DNA of 64,000 nt from Escherichia coli (lineage in GTDB: Bacteria > Pseudomonadota > Gammaproteobacteria > Enterobacterales > Enterobacteriaceae): assembly GCF_041248615.1 (NCBI RefSeq), contig NZ_CP158426.1, one strand, 5' to 3'. The position numbers and the translations under genes were made by a program. This document shows positions 44,482-54,849 of the stretch, one piece after another; the first letter of the stretch is position 1; each line of letters starts with the position of its first letter. A model generated the notes under the pieces. The model searched no databases and was not told where the DNA came from. It worked only from the letters and a program-made list of their open reading frames with translations.

Positions 44482-45099
44482 TTAATCGTGGCGATGCCTT
44501 TCCTGAATAGCCGTTAATGAGCCGACTTCTAACGCTTCTTTATAGTGTTTACGGCATACAGAAACGTAGCGTTCATTACCACCAATAACCACCTGCTCAC
44601 CTTCGTTATAAGGTCTGCCTGCTTGATCAAGACGCAGCACCATGCTTGCTTTGCGGCCACAAAAACAGATGGTTTTTAATTCAACCAGTTTGTCGGACCA
44701 TGCCAGTAAGTATTGGCTGCCAATAAATAACTCACCTCGAAAATCGGTACGTAAACCATAACAAAGTACGGGTATATCGAGTTGATCGACAACCTCCGAT
44801 AATTCATATACTTGTTGTCTGGTTAAAAACTGGCATTCATCAACCAGTACGCAATGAATTGCCTGCTGTTCATGTTCCGCACGAATCTCATCAAATAATG
44901 ATGAATTTTGGTTAAATAATTTTGCAGGCGATGACAAACCTATACGCGAACTGACTTTCCCGGCACCAAAGCGATCGTCAATTTCTGCCGTATATACGAC
45001 AGTGCGCATGCCGCGTTCCTGGTAATTGTATGAAGATTGCAACAATGCTGTAGACTTACCCGCATTCATTGCGGAATAGTAGAAATATAGCTGTGCCAT
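44482..45099 (-). CDS. tdk: Thymidine kinase
   Basis: 205-aa [24 protein letters not shown]... (P-loop) with C-terminal zinc-binding cysteines. Confidence 0.95.
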
Positions 45100-45702
45100 C
45101 AGCCACAGGCCCTCAATGATATGAAATAAAGTTGGCTGGAGTTTATCATAATTCGTCAGTTTTTCAGCTCAACAGTATGCACAGAAGTGGTATATGCGTT
45201 CTCCCTTACGAAGCCTTGCATAATCCTTCTGAGCTATCATTACAACTGCCTCGCTTGTTATAAGCGGGTAAATGACTGCTGGTAACTATTCACAATCTTT
45301 AACCTGTTGCGCAAGTAATAGCCCTCTGTTGACCTCCAGGAGATAGTGCAATACTAAGTCCCTGCTCTTATTGCGACTGTTCTACTTTTCATCATTCGCT
45401 TAATAGGGAATTCTCGTAAACACGACTAATACAGAAGACTGAAAGGTCGTCAGCCTACGATAATCTCCCCATAAAATGTGACATGAATCAGGAAGTTTTA
45501 ACCTCACGTGCTGCGAAATCATCGGCGCAAATAGGGCTATATGCCGCGTCTTTTCTGGCTAATTTTATGAAAAGATATTTATTGGCGGCACAAAATAAAG
45601 AACAATTTTGAATTCCTTACATTCCTGGCTATTGCACAACTGAATTTAAGGCTCTATTATTACCTCAACAAACCACCCCAATATAAGTTTGAGATTACTA
45701 CA

Positions 45703-46116
45703 ATGAGCGAAGCACTTAAAATTCTGAACAACATCCGTACTCTTCGTGCGCAGGCAAGAGAATGTACACTTGAAACGCTGGAAGAAATGCTGGAAAAATT
45801 AGAAGTTGTTGTTAACGAACGTCGCGAAGAAGAAAGCGCGGCTGCTGCTGAAGTTGAAGAGCGCACTCGTAAACTGCAGCAATATCGCGAAATGCTGATC
45901 GCTGACGGTATTGACCCGAACGAACTGCTGAATAGCCTTGCTGCCGTTAAATCTGGCACCAAAGCTAAACGTGCTCAGCGTCCGGCAAAATATAGCTACG
46001 TTGACGAAAACGGCGAAACTAAAACCTGGACTGGCCAGGGCCGTACTCCAGCTGTAATCAAAAAAGCAATGGATGAGCAAGGTAAATCCCTCGACGATTT
46101 CCTGATCAAGCAATAA
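45703..46116 (+). CDS. hns: Nucleoid-associated protein H-NS
   Basis: 137-aa [44 protein letters not shown]...TWTGQGRTP. Confidence 0.97.
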
Positions 46117-46140
46117 TCTTTTGTAGATTGCACTTGCTTA

Positions 46141-46169
46141 AAAATCCCGCCATCGGCGGGATTTTTTAT
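46141..46169 (+). terminator. Intrinsic terminator after hns
   Basis: Hairpin AAATCCCGCC-ATC-GGCGGGATTT followed by TTTTTATT. Confidence 0.8.
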
Positions 46170-46204
46170 TGTCCGGTTTAAGACAATTTAATAAGAATAA
46201 GCTA

Positions 46205-46236
46205 TAAAAAAACGGCGTCGATTGCTCAACGCCGTT
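46205..46236 (-). terminator. Intrinsic terminator after galU
   Basis: Hairpin AACGGCGT-(12 nt loop)-ACGCCGTT followed by a T-run on the minus strand. Confidence 0.7.
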
Positions 46237-46260
46237 TCGTGGATAACACCGATACGGATG

Positions 46261-47169
46261 TTACTTCTTAATGCCCATCTCTTCTTCAAGCCAGGCTTTA
46301 AATTCCGTACCAAGGGTGTTATGACGAATACCGTATTCAACGAAGGCCTGCATGTAACCTAATTTATTACCACAGTCATGGCTCTTCCCTTTCATATGAT
46401 AGGCTTCCACCGTTTCTTTTTCGATCAGCATATCAATTGCGTCGGTGAGCTGAATTTCATCACCAGCTCCCGGAGGGGTTTTTGCCAGCAACGGCCAAAT
46501 ATCCGCGCTAAGTACGTAACGACCCACAATAGCGAGATTAGACGGCGCAACATCCGCTTTTGGTTTTTCAACCACGCCAACCATAGGTACGCTTTCACCC
46601 GGCGCTAATTCAACGCCTTTGCAATCCACAACGCCATATGCGGTCACATCAGCAACCGGTTCAACCATGATCTGGCTATGACCCGTTTCATCAAAGCGGC
46701 GGATCATCTCTGCCAGGTTATCCTGTGACAAATCGGATTCATATTCATCCAGAATAACGTCAGGCAAAATAACAGCCACAGGTTCATCACCCACTACCGG
46801 GTGAGCACACAATACCGCATGTCCCAGGCCTTTCGCCAGCCCCTGACGAACTTGCATAATAGTCACGTGCGGCGGACAAATAGACTGCACTTCATCAAGC
46901 AGTTGACGTTTTACACGTTTTTCCAGCATTGCTTCCAGTTCAAAACTGGTATCAAAGTGGTTTTCAATAGAGTTTTTAGATGAGTGAGTAACCAGCACAA
47001 TTTCAGTAATGCCAGCCGCAATACATTCATTCACGACGTATTGAATTAATGGCTTATCGACAAGTGGCAGCATCTCTTTCGGGATGGCTTTCGTCGCCGG
47101 CAACATCCTGGTTCCTAATCCCGCAACGGGGATAACGGCTTTTTTGACTTTCGTATTAATGGCAGCCAT
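46261..47169 (-). CDS. galU: UTP--glucose-1-phosphate uridylyltransferase
   Basis: 302-aa ORF with N-terminal nucleotidyltransferase motif ([26 protein letters not shown]). Confidence 0.96.
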
Positions 47170-47370
47170 TTAAATTCTCCTGGACTGTTCGTGTTTTGAA
47201 CGTGTTCATATTTCTGTATCGCATCCCAGTATATCAGCACCCCGAAGGGGCTAAGTTCTGAAAAGGATGCGAGTTAGCATAATTAAGACAATTACTTATA
47301 CGAATGGCGACGATAGTACCACCAGCCGACATTAGCTGGTAATGCAAATTTAGCCCGCGTTATCGTTTGC

Positions 47371-48384
47371 TCATTCTGCAGACAACATCAAGCGAAGCCG
47401 ACCACCGGTTCCCCATATTTGGCATTGCCAGGCATCGCATCGCTGGCTCAATTGATTCAAATAAGCGTTACCTAAAGTGCCTAACGGAACACCATTACTG
47501 ATTTGCACCTGGTGTTCGCCGGTATTTAACGTCGCATTCAGACCCGCAGAAACCAGAATGAGATTTTTCAGTTCGCGATGATAATAGCCAACTAATAGCG
47601 GAAACTGCCCCGGCAGATTGGCCTGACGGAGTAAATGGTTTACCTGCTTCAATAACGCGCCCAACTCTGGCAACCGTTGATTTTGGTGTGCAAGCTGTTC
47701 CTGTAATAATCCGTTAAACAATGCGCGTAATAACAAGGCAGCAAGTACGCCATTATGTCCAGCTCGGGTGACATCAAGGCAATAAAATGCCAGATCGTTT
47801 TCCGAAAGTGCGGCAATATCAAGCACCAGGCCGGGTTTGTCCGCGGCAACCAATTGACGATAATTAACCCGGCAATGGGAAATCACCTGCTGAACCGGCG
47901 GTTGCAATTCCTGTAATAATTTCGCCGCTGCGGCAGGGTTATCAACCATTGCATCCCAGTCGCGAAAAAGCCTTTCCTCTTCCTCAACGCGGGAATTAAA
48001 CATGCTGGGATAGAGACAGGCAAAAACCATCTCGCGCAAGCGATTCAGATCTTTAACTGGTTTCAGCAAAACATCTTCAACGCCCAGACGTAACGCTTTG
48101 GCAATATCTGCCATATTTTCAGTGGCAGATATCACCAGAACCGGTGTCTGGTCACCTCTGTTGCGTATATGTTCCAGCAGTTTAAGCCCGTTCATTCGTG
48201 GCATCGCGATATCACATATCATCAGGTCTGGAGTGAAACCTCCCAGCAACTCAAGGGCATCCACCCCATCAGCCGCCAGTACCGTTGTCGCTCCCAATGA
48301 GGAAAACCACGAATCCAGAAGCGAGCGAAATACCTGCTCATCTTCAACAATGAGAATCTGTTTTCCGACCAATGGCTGCGTCAT
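47371..48384 (-). CDS. rssB: Response regulator RssB (RpoS proteolysis adaptor)
   Basis: 337-aa ORF with N-terminal receiver domain (phospho-acceptor Asp in LMICDIAMP) and PP2C-like C-terminal domain. Confidence 0.94.
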   Translation of the reverse strand: MTQPLVGKQILIVEDEQVFRSLLDSWFSSLGATTVLAADGVDALELLGGFTPDLMICDIAMPRMNGLKLLEHIRNRGDQTPVLVISATENMADIAKALRLGVEDVLLKPVKDLNRLREMVFACLYPSMFNSRVEEEERLFRDWDAMVDNPAAAAKLLQELQPPVQQVISHCRVNYRQLVAADKPGLVLDIAALSENDLAFYCLDVTRAGHNGVLAALLLRALFNGLLQEQLAHQNQRLPELGALLKQVNHLLRQANLPGQFPLLVGYYHRELKNLILVSAGLNATLNTGEHQVQISNGVPLGTLGNAYLNQLSQRCDAWQCQIWGTGGRLRLMLSAE

Positions 48385-48475
48385 GTTCTCTCCCCTGACT
48401 GGCTTTACTCAATAGTGGCATGCTATTGCCACCTGCGCCTGTCAGAATTAACTTAAGTGTAGATAAAAATTCTGG

Positions 48476-49381
48476 TCAAATGTTGGTGCGTACCAACGGC
48501 AAAAGTTCGTCCATTTTCTTTTCCACTGCCAGCTGCCCAGCCGCAATGGCAGCGTGCGCGCGATGGAAATCAAGCGTAGATATTTGCGGGCAAACAGGTT
48601 GAATCAGAATATCGGGCGGATCACCTGCCATGCGGTTCCTTTTAAGGCGGTTCTCCAGCACCTGGATAGAAGTGGTCATAATCTCTGTTGCCGTTGGCGC
48701 TGTCACCGCCCGACGTGTCGTTATGCTGCCCAACCTTTCTTTCAGACGCGCATGCCACGGCAGAGAATCACCATTCTCGCTATTTTCTTCACTGACATTA
48801 AAGGAGAGCAGATCTTGTTGCATCAAATGAGCATCGTGCTGCAGGTCGACCGCTATCACAATATCAGCACCCAATGCACGCGTGAGCGAAATAGGAATTG
48901 GGTTAACTACAGCGCCATCAACCAGCCAGTAGCCGTTATGCGCAACGGGTGCCATTAGTCCTGGAATACTGCATGATGCACGAATAGCAAGATGGAGATC
49001 GCCTTCAGTAAACCATAATTCGCGCCCAGTACTTAAATTGGTGGCAACAGCCGCGAAGCGACGGGAACAATTTTCGATCTCTGTTTCCGGCATTATTTCG
49101 CGATATTGATTGAAGACACGCTCGCCGCGCAGTAACCCACCGCGCTGCCAGGAGAGATCCATCAGGCGTAAAACATCCCAATAACTGAAAGAGGTCACCC
49201 AATCTTCCAGCGCAGATAGTCGATCGCATGCATAGGCAGCGCCCACCAGCGAACCAATTGAACATCCTGCAACGATATCAATTTCAATACCCACTTTTTT
49301 TAGCGCATTAATAACGCCAATATGCGACCAACCTCTCGCCGCGCCAGATCCCAGCGCCAGCCCTATTTTTATCTTTCTCAT
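48476..49381 (-). CDS. rssA: Patatin-like phospholipase RssA
   Basis: 301-aa ORF with glycine-rich oxyanion motif GSGAARG and the patatin GxSxG lipase motif (GCSIG). Confidence 0.92.
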   Translation of the reverse strand: MRKIKIGLALGSGAARGWSHIGVINALKKVGIEIDIVAGCSIGSLVGAAYACDRLSALEDWVTSFSYWDVLRLMDLSWQRGGLLRGERVFNQYREIMPETEIENCSRRFAAVATNLSTGRELWFTEGDLHLAIRASCSIPGLMAPVAHNGYWLVDGAVVNPIPISLTRALGADIVIAVDLQHDAHLMQQDLLSFNVSEENSENGDSLPWHARLKERLGSITTRRAVTAPTATEIMTTSIQVLENRLKRNRMAGDPPDILIQPVCPQISTLDFHRAHAAIAAGQLAVEKKMDELLPLVRTNI

Positions 49382-49493
49382 TATTCCCGCAAGATTCCCC
49401 TGGAATGCAATCGTAGCAACATCGCTACTGCTCGGTTAACATAGTGCTACTCAGGCGGTTAATACGCCGTTATTGTTTCCAGGGAGATTATTT

Positions 49494-49952
49494 GTGTCTC
49501 AGCTTTGTCCCTGTGGTAGTGCTGTCGAGTATAGCCTATGTTGCCACCCTTATGTGTCTGGTGAAAAGGTTGCACCTGATCCAGAACATCTCATGCGTTC
49601 GCGTTACTGCGCTTTTGTGATGAAAGACGCAGATTATTTAATAAAGACCTGGCATCCATCTTGTGGAGCGGCGGCGTTACGTGCCGAATTGATTGCCGGA
49701 TTTGCGCATACTGAATGGTTGGGATTGACCGTATTTGAACATTGTTGGCAGGACGTCGACAATATCGGATTTGTCAGTTTTGTTGCGCGATTTACCGAAG
49801 GTGGCAAAACAGGTGCAATCATTGAACGTTCGCGATTTTTGAAAGAAAACGGTCAATGGTACTATATTGACGGTACACGTCCGCAGTTTGGCCGCAACGA
49901 TCCCTGCCCTTGTGGTTCAGGTAAAAAATTTAAAAAGTGCTGCGGCCAATAA
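49494..49952 (+). CDS. ychJ: SEC-C motif protein YchJ (UPF0225)
   Basis: 152-aa product from a GTG start at 49494; N- and C-terminal CPCGSG SEC-C-like metal-binding motifs. Confidence 0.85.
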   Translation: MSQLCPCGSAVEYSLCCHPYVSGEKVAPDPEHLMRSRYCAFVMKDADYLIKTWHPSCGAAALRAELIAGFAHTEWLGLTVFEHCWQDVDNIGFVSFVARFTEGGKTGAIIERSRFLKENGQWYYIDGTRPQFGRNDPCPCGSGKKFKKCCGQ

Positions 49953-50001
49953 TGGTTGACGGTACGGTTTAGCAAACACTCTCAACAAGGTTTTTCCAGC
50001 A

Positions 50002-50844
50002 ATGCATTCACTCCAACGTAAAGTTCTGCGTACTATTTGTCCGGACCAAAAAGGTCTGATCGCACGTATTACCAATATTTGCTACAAGCACGAGTTAAAT
50101 ATCGTACAGAACAATGAATTTGTTGATCACCGTACCGGGCGCTTTTTTATGCGCACGGAACTGGAAGGAATTTTTAATGATTCCACCCTGCTGGCGGATC
50201 TTGACAGCGCATTGCCAGAAGGCTCCGTACGTGAGCTGAATCCTGCTGGTCGTCGCCGGATAGTGATTCTGGTCACTAAAGAGGCGCATTGCCTTGGCGA
50301 TTTGTTGATGAAAGCCAATTACGGTGGCCTGGATGTCGAAATCGCGGCAGTTATTGGTAACCACGATACTTTACGTTCTCTGGTTGAGCGTTTTGATATT
50401 CCGTTTGAACTGGTAAGTCATGAAGGATTAAGCCGCAACGAGCACGATCAAAAGATGGCGGATGCCATTGATGCTTATCAGCCTGACTACGTGGTGCTGG
50501 CGAAGTATATGCGGGTATTAACGCCAGAATTTGTGGCACGCTTCCCGAATAAGATCATCAATATTCACCATTCATTCCTGCCAGCGTTTATCGGCGCACG
50601 TCCTTATCACCAGGCCTATGAACGTGGCGTGAAGATTATTGGCGCAACCGCTCACTATGTGAATGACAATCTGGACGAAGGTCCAATCATCATGCAGGAC
50701 GTTATTCATGTCGATCATACCTACACAGCTGAAGATATGATGCGCGCAGGTCGTGACGTCGAGAAAAACGTCTTAAGTCGCGCACTCTACAAAGTACTGG
50801 CGCAGCGCGTCTTTGTTTACGGTAATCGGACGATTATTCTTTAA
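50002..50844 (+). CDS. purU: Formyltetrahydrofolate deformylase
   Basis: 280-aa ORF with N-terminal ACT domain and formyltransferase core. Confidence 0.95.
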   Translation: MHSLQRKVLRTICPDQKGLIARITNICYKHELNIVQNNEFVDHRTGRFFMRTELEGIFNDSTLLADLDSALPEGSVRELNPAGRRRIVILVTKEAHCLGDLLMKANYGGLDVEIAAVIGNHDTLRSLVERFDIPFELVSHEGLSRNEHDQKMADAIDAYQPDYVVLAKYMRVLTPEFVARFPNKIINIHHSFLPAFIGARPYHQAYERGVKIIGATAHYVNDNLDEGPIIMQDVIHVDHTYTAEDMMRAGRDVEKNVLSRALYKVLAQRVFVYGNRTIIL

Positions 50845-50911
50845 TCGCCAGCAAAAATAACTGGTTACCTTTAATCCGTTACGGATGAAAATTACGCAAC
50901 CAGTTCATTTT

Positions 50912-50960
50912 TCTCAACGTAACACTTTACAGCGGCGCGTCATTTGATATGATGCGCCCC
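50912..50960 (+). promoter_or_regulatory. tyrT promoter (-35 TTTACA 50926..50931, -10 TATGAT 50948..50953, GC-rich discriminator)
   Basis: Classic sequence TCTCAACGTAACACTTTACAGCGGCGCGTCATTTGATATGATGCGCCCCGCTTCCCG read directly upstream of the first tRNA-Tyr. Confidence 0.9.
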
Positions 50961-51003
50961 GCTTCCCGATAAGGGAGCAGGCCAGTAAAAAGCATTACCC
51001 CGT

Positions 51004-51088
<85 letters not shown>

Positions 51089-51122
51089 TCTCAAGCATTA
51101 CCTCAAAATTTGAATTACCCCT

Positions 51123-51207
<85 letters not shown>

Positions 51208-51742
51208 TCACTTTCAAAAGTCCCTGAACTCTCAAACGAATCCGTAATTAAATATTCTGCCCAAGCGGGGAAGGATGAGAAGCTTCGACCAAGGTTCGAC
51301 TTGAGCGCCAGCGAGAGAGCGTGGCCGCAGGCAACGACCCGAAGGGCGAAGCGCGCAGCGCTGAGTAATCCTTCCCCCACCACCATAACTTTCAAAAGCC
51401 CCGGAATTCTCAAACGAATCCGCAATCAAATATTCTGCCCATGCGGGGAAGGATGAGAAGCTTCAACCAAGGTTCGACTTGAGCGCCAGCGAGAGAGCGT
51501 TGCCGCAGGCAACGACCCGAAGGGCGAAGCGCGCAGCGCTGAGTAATCCTTCTCCCACCACCATCACTTTTCAAAAGTCCGTGAACTCTCAAACGAATCC
51601 GCAATTAAATATTCTGCCCATGCGGGGAAGGATGAGAAGCTTCGACCAAGGTGCGACTCGAGCGCCAGCGAGAAAGCGTTGCCGCAGGCAACGACCCGAA
51701 GGGTGAAGCGCGCAGCGCTGAGTAATCCTTCCCCCACCACCA
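51208..51742 (+). repeat. Three tandem 178-bp repeat units distal to tyrV (rtT / tpr region)
   Basis: Units at about 51208..51385, 51386..51563 and 51564..51742, each ending in the tRNA-Tyr 3' terminal sequence AATCCTTCCCCCACCACCA; contains a protamine-like basic ORF. Confidence 0.9.
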
Positions 51743-51807
51743 TCACTTCCTGTAAATACTCAAAACCTGTTACTCCGAGCTAATTCTACCCAATGGCACC
51801 GCGTTTA

Positions 51808-51861
51808 CCGGACCTACAATATCCTCCCCTGTAGGTCGGATAAGCGAAGCGCATCCGACAA
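51808..51861. repeat. REP-like palindromic element
   Basis: CGGACCTACA...TGTAGGTCGGATAAGCGAAGCGCATCCGACA inverted-repeat structure typical of enterobacterial REP units. Confidence 0.5.
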
Positions 51862-51882
51862 CTCACCCCGTACCGTGCCCAT

Positions 51883-51906
51883 AAAAAAACCCCGCCGAAG
51901 CGGGGT
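51883..51906 (-). terminator. Intrinsic terminator after narI
   Basis: Hairpin CCCCGC-CGAA-GCGGGG followed by a T-run on the minus strand. Confidence 0.75.
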
Positions 51907-51926
51907 CTATGCAAACTAAAATTCGC

Positions 51927-52604
51927 TTAGTGACGAGCGCGCACCAGCTGATACTTACGTGTCAGATACTCCACCGGTACGCTCCAGATGTGCACCAGAC
52001 GTGAGAACGGGAACAGCAAGAATAACGTCATCCCCAGCACCAGGTGCAGACGGAAGATAAACGCCACACCATCAAGGTGTTGAGAAGCACCACCGTGGAA
52101 GGTCACTACCGACTGCGCCCAGCCAACCAGTTTCATCATCTCGCTACCGTCCATATGCTGGGCGGAGAACGGAATGGTCAGCAAGCCCAGAGCGCACTGG
52201 ATAACCAGCAGAGACAGGATCAGGATATCCGCTCCGGTAGTCGTTGCACGCACGCGTGGGCTGAACAGACGACGTTTCAGCAACAGCACGCCGCCAATCA
52301 GACACAGCACGCCGCTGGCACCACCAGCAAACATCGCCATTTTCTGTTTCACTTCAATCGGCAGCCAGGCTTCATACATCCAGTGCGGCGTCAGCATACC
52401 AAAGAAGTGACCGACAAAAATCCCCAGAATACCGATATGGAACAGGTTCGACGCCAGGTTCATCCCTTTGCGATCCAGCATCTGGCTGGACGCCGCGCGC
52501 CAGGTGTACTGCCCGTAGTCATAACGCAGCCAGCTACCAATCAGGAAGACCGCCCCGGCTATGTACGGGTAGATATCAAAGAAGAACATATTCAGGAATT
52601 GCAT
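51927..52604 (-). CDS. narI: Respiratory nitrate reductase 1 gamma subunit (cytochrome b)
   Basis: 225-aa multi-[36 protein letters not shown]... Confidence 0.95.
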   Translation of the reverse strand: MQFLNMFFFDIYPYIAGAVFLIGSWLRYDYGQYTWRAASSQMLDRKGMNLASNLFHIGILGIFVGHFFGMLTPHWMYEAWLPIEVKQKMAMFAGGASGVLCLIGGVLLLKRRLFSPRVRATTTGADILILSLLVIQCALGLLTIPFSAQHMDGSEMMKLVGWAQSVVTFHGGASQHLDGVAFIFRLHLVLGMTLFLLFPFSRLVHIWSVPVEYLTRKYQLVRARH

Positions 52605-53314
52605 TAGTGCTGTCCTCCGGTGGTGATATTCAGATATTGCGGCGCGACGGCACCGGCAAAGCGACGCTGATGAGCAGTGATTGCTGAATCACCGCAGCCT
52701 TTGTCAGCAAAGAATTTAACCTGCTCTTCTTCCCAGACAGCATCCAGCGCCTGCGGCGTATCGTCGCGCGCTTCGTCGGCAATTTTTTCCGCCACTTTGT
52801 CACTGTCGATAGCGGTATTGGCCAGTTTCAGCAGCAGATCAAACAGCACGGCATAACGGCTTTCACGCTGTTGCAGACGCGCGCTCAGCAATGCCAGAAT
52901 CGGCGCAATATCTTTCAAACCCTCCACGGCTTCGCTTTGCGGCAGCTGCGCCAGATACTCCAGATACAGCGGCAGGTGGTCCGGCAATTCGCGGCTGTTT
53001 AACTGCAAACCGTGCTGCTCGTACTGTGCCAGCAGGTCCACCATCGCCTGACCGCGATCGCGGGATTCCCCGTGAACGTGTTCAAACAGCAACAGCGACG
53101 TGGCGCGACCACGATCGAACAGTTCGCTGTACTGCGCCTGGGCATCGAGCGGATCCATCGTCGTTAAATCGCGCAGGAAAATGCCCAGCGCATGGGCATC
53201 TTCTTTCGACAGATTTTTCGACGCAGCAATTGCCTCAAACATCTCTTGTTGATGCTGCCATAAAGCAGCATCCGGATATTCAAGGAGACGCGATACAATC
53301 ACGAGTTCGATCAT
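52604..53314 (-). CDS. narJ: Nitrate reductase 1 assembly chaperone
   Basis: 236-aa ORF; operon context, overlapping neighbours. Confidence 0.94.
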   Translation of the reverse strand: MIELVIVSRLLEYPDAALWQHQQEMFEAIAASKNLSKEDAHALGIFLRDLTTMDPLDAQAQYSELFDRGRATSLLLFEHVHGESRDRGQAMVDLLAQYEQHGLQLNSRELPDHLPLYLEYLAQLPQSEAVEGLKDIAPILALLSARLQQRESRYAVLFDLLLKLANTAIDSDKVAEKIADEARDDTPQALDAVWEEEQVKFFADKGCGDSAITAHQRRFAGAVAPQYLNITTGGQH

Positions 53315-54849
53315 GGGTGCGGCTCCGTTTTGCTGGTTACGTCGATGGCATCGATACGGCGGCTGTTGAACAGATTGAATTTGGTATCTGAACCGTGGCA
53401 GCCATCACCAAAGGTAAAGCCGCAGCCATTTTTCTCCGGGAAGGCTTCCCGCGCCAGTTCACGATGACTGCTCGGCACCACAAAGCGATCTTCGTAGTTA
53501 GCAATCGCCAGATAACGGTACATCTCCTGTGCCTGGGCTTCGGTCAGACCGACCTCTTCCAGCGCACGGGTATCGACTTTACCGTCAACGGTTTCAGCAC
53601 GTTTGTAATGACGCATCGCCAGCATACGTTTCAGCGCGCGCAGTACCGGTTTGGTATCACCGGCGGTCAGCAGATTCGCCAGATACTGTACCGGAATACG
53701 CAGGCTTTCGACGTCTGGCAGAATGCCGTTGCTGCCCAGCTCACCCGCGTCTGCTGCAGACTGAATCGGCGACAGAGGCGGCACGTACCAGACCATCGGC
53801 AGTGTGCGATATTCTGGATGCAGCGGCAGCGCCAGTTTCCATTCCATCGCCATTTTATAAACCGGCGACTGCTGTGCGGCTTCAATAACGCTCAGCGGAA
53901 TACCGTCTTTAATTGCCTGCTCGATGACTTTCGGATCGTTCGGATCGAGGAACACCTCCAGCTGACGCTGGTAGAGATCTTTCTCGTTCTCGGTGCTGGC
54001 TGCACGTTCAATGGCGTCCGCATCGTACAGCAGCACGCCGAGATAACGGATACGACCGACACAGGTTTCAGAGCACACCGTCGGCTGACCCGCTTCAATA
54101 CGCGGATAGCAGAAGATGCACTTCTCAGACTTACCGCTCTTCCAGTTGAAGTAGATTTTTTTGTATGGGCATCCGGTGATGCACATACGCCAGCCACGGC
54201 ATTTATCCTGGTCGATCAGGACGATGCCATCTTCTTCACGCTTGTAAATCGCACCGCTCGGGCAGGTCGCCACACATGCCGGGTTCAGGCAGTGTTCGCA
54301 CAGGCGCGGCAAATACATCATGAAGGTGTTTTCGAACTGGCTATACATCGCCTTCTGGATGTTGTCGAAGTTCTTGTCTTTCGCCAGTTTGTCAAACTCA
54401 CCGCCCAGGTCATCTTCCCAGTTCGGCCCTTTTTCGATTTTCGCCATCCGTTCCCCGGTAATCAGCGAACGCGGACGGGCAATCGGCTGCGATTTGCTGC
54501 CTTCCGGCGCGGTATGCAGGTTCTGATAGTCAAAATCGAACGGCTCGTAATAATCGTCGATCCCCGGCAGATGCGGGTTAGCGAAGATTTTACCCAGCAG
54601 CATGGCACGGTTACCCATGCGCGGCTGCAGTTTGCCGTTGATTTTACGAATCCAGCCGCCTTTGTATTTTTCCTGGTTTTCCCAGTCAGTCGGGAAGCCC
54701 TGGCCCGGCTTGGTTTCCACGTTGTTGAACCACGCGTATTCCACGCCTTCGCGGCTGGTCCAGACGTTTTTACAGGTAACTGAACAGGTGTGGCAGCCGA
54801 TGCACTTATCGAGATTCAGCACCATGCCGACTTGTGAACGAATTTTCAT
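53311..54849 (-). CDS. narH: Respiratory nitrate reductase 1 beta subunit (Fe-S)
   Basis: 512-aa ORF with multiple Cys clusters (CIGCHTC, CEHCLNPACVATCP). Confidence 0.96.
   Translation of the reverse strand: MKIRSQVGMVLNLDKCIGCHTCSVTCKNVWTSREGVEYAWFNNVETKPGQGFPTDWENQEKYKGGWIRKINGKLQPRMGNRAMLLGKIFANPHLPGIDDYYEPFDFDYQNLHTAPEGSKSQPIARPRSLITGERMAKIEKGPNWEDDLGGEFDKLAKDKNFDNIQKAMYSQFENTFMMYLPRLCEHCLNPACVATCPSGAIYKREEDGIVLIDQDKCRGWRMCITGCPYKKIYFNWKSGKSEKCIFCYPRIEAGQPTVCSETCVGRIRYLGVLLYDADAIERAASTENEKDLYQRQLEVFLDPNDPKVIEQAIKDGIPLSVIEAAQQSPVYKMAMEWKLALPLHPEYRTLPMVWYVPPLSPIQSAADAGELGSNGILPDVESLRIPVQYLANLLTAGDTKPVLRALKRMLAMRHYKRAETVDGKVDTRALEEVGLTEAQAQEMYRYLAIANYEDRFVVPSSHRELAREAFPEKNGCGFTFGDGCHGSDTKFNLFNSRRIDAIDVTSKTEPHP

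Noticed and set aside
45660-46113. Minus-strand ORFs antisense to hns (45660..45962, 45799..46113)
   Set aside because: Fully overlapped by the well-defined hns gene on the plus strand.
53395-54783. 462-aa plus-strand ORF antisense to narH
   Set aside because: Embedded in the narH coding region; low-complexity Arg-rich translation; narH itself is intact.
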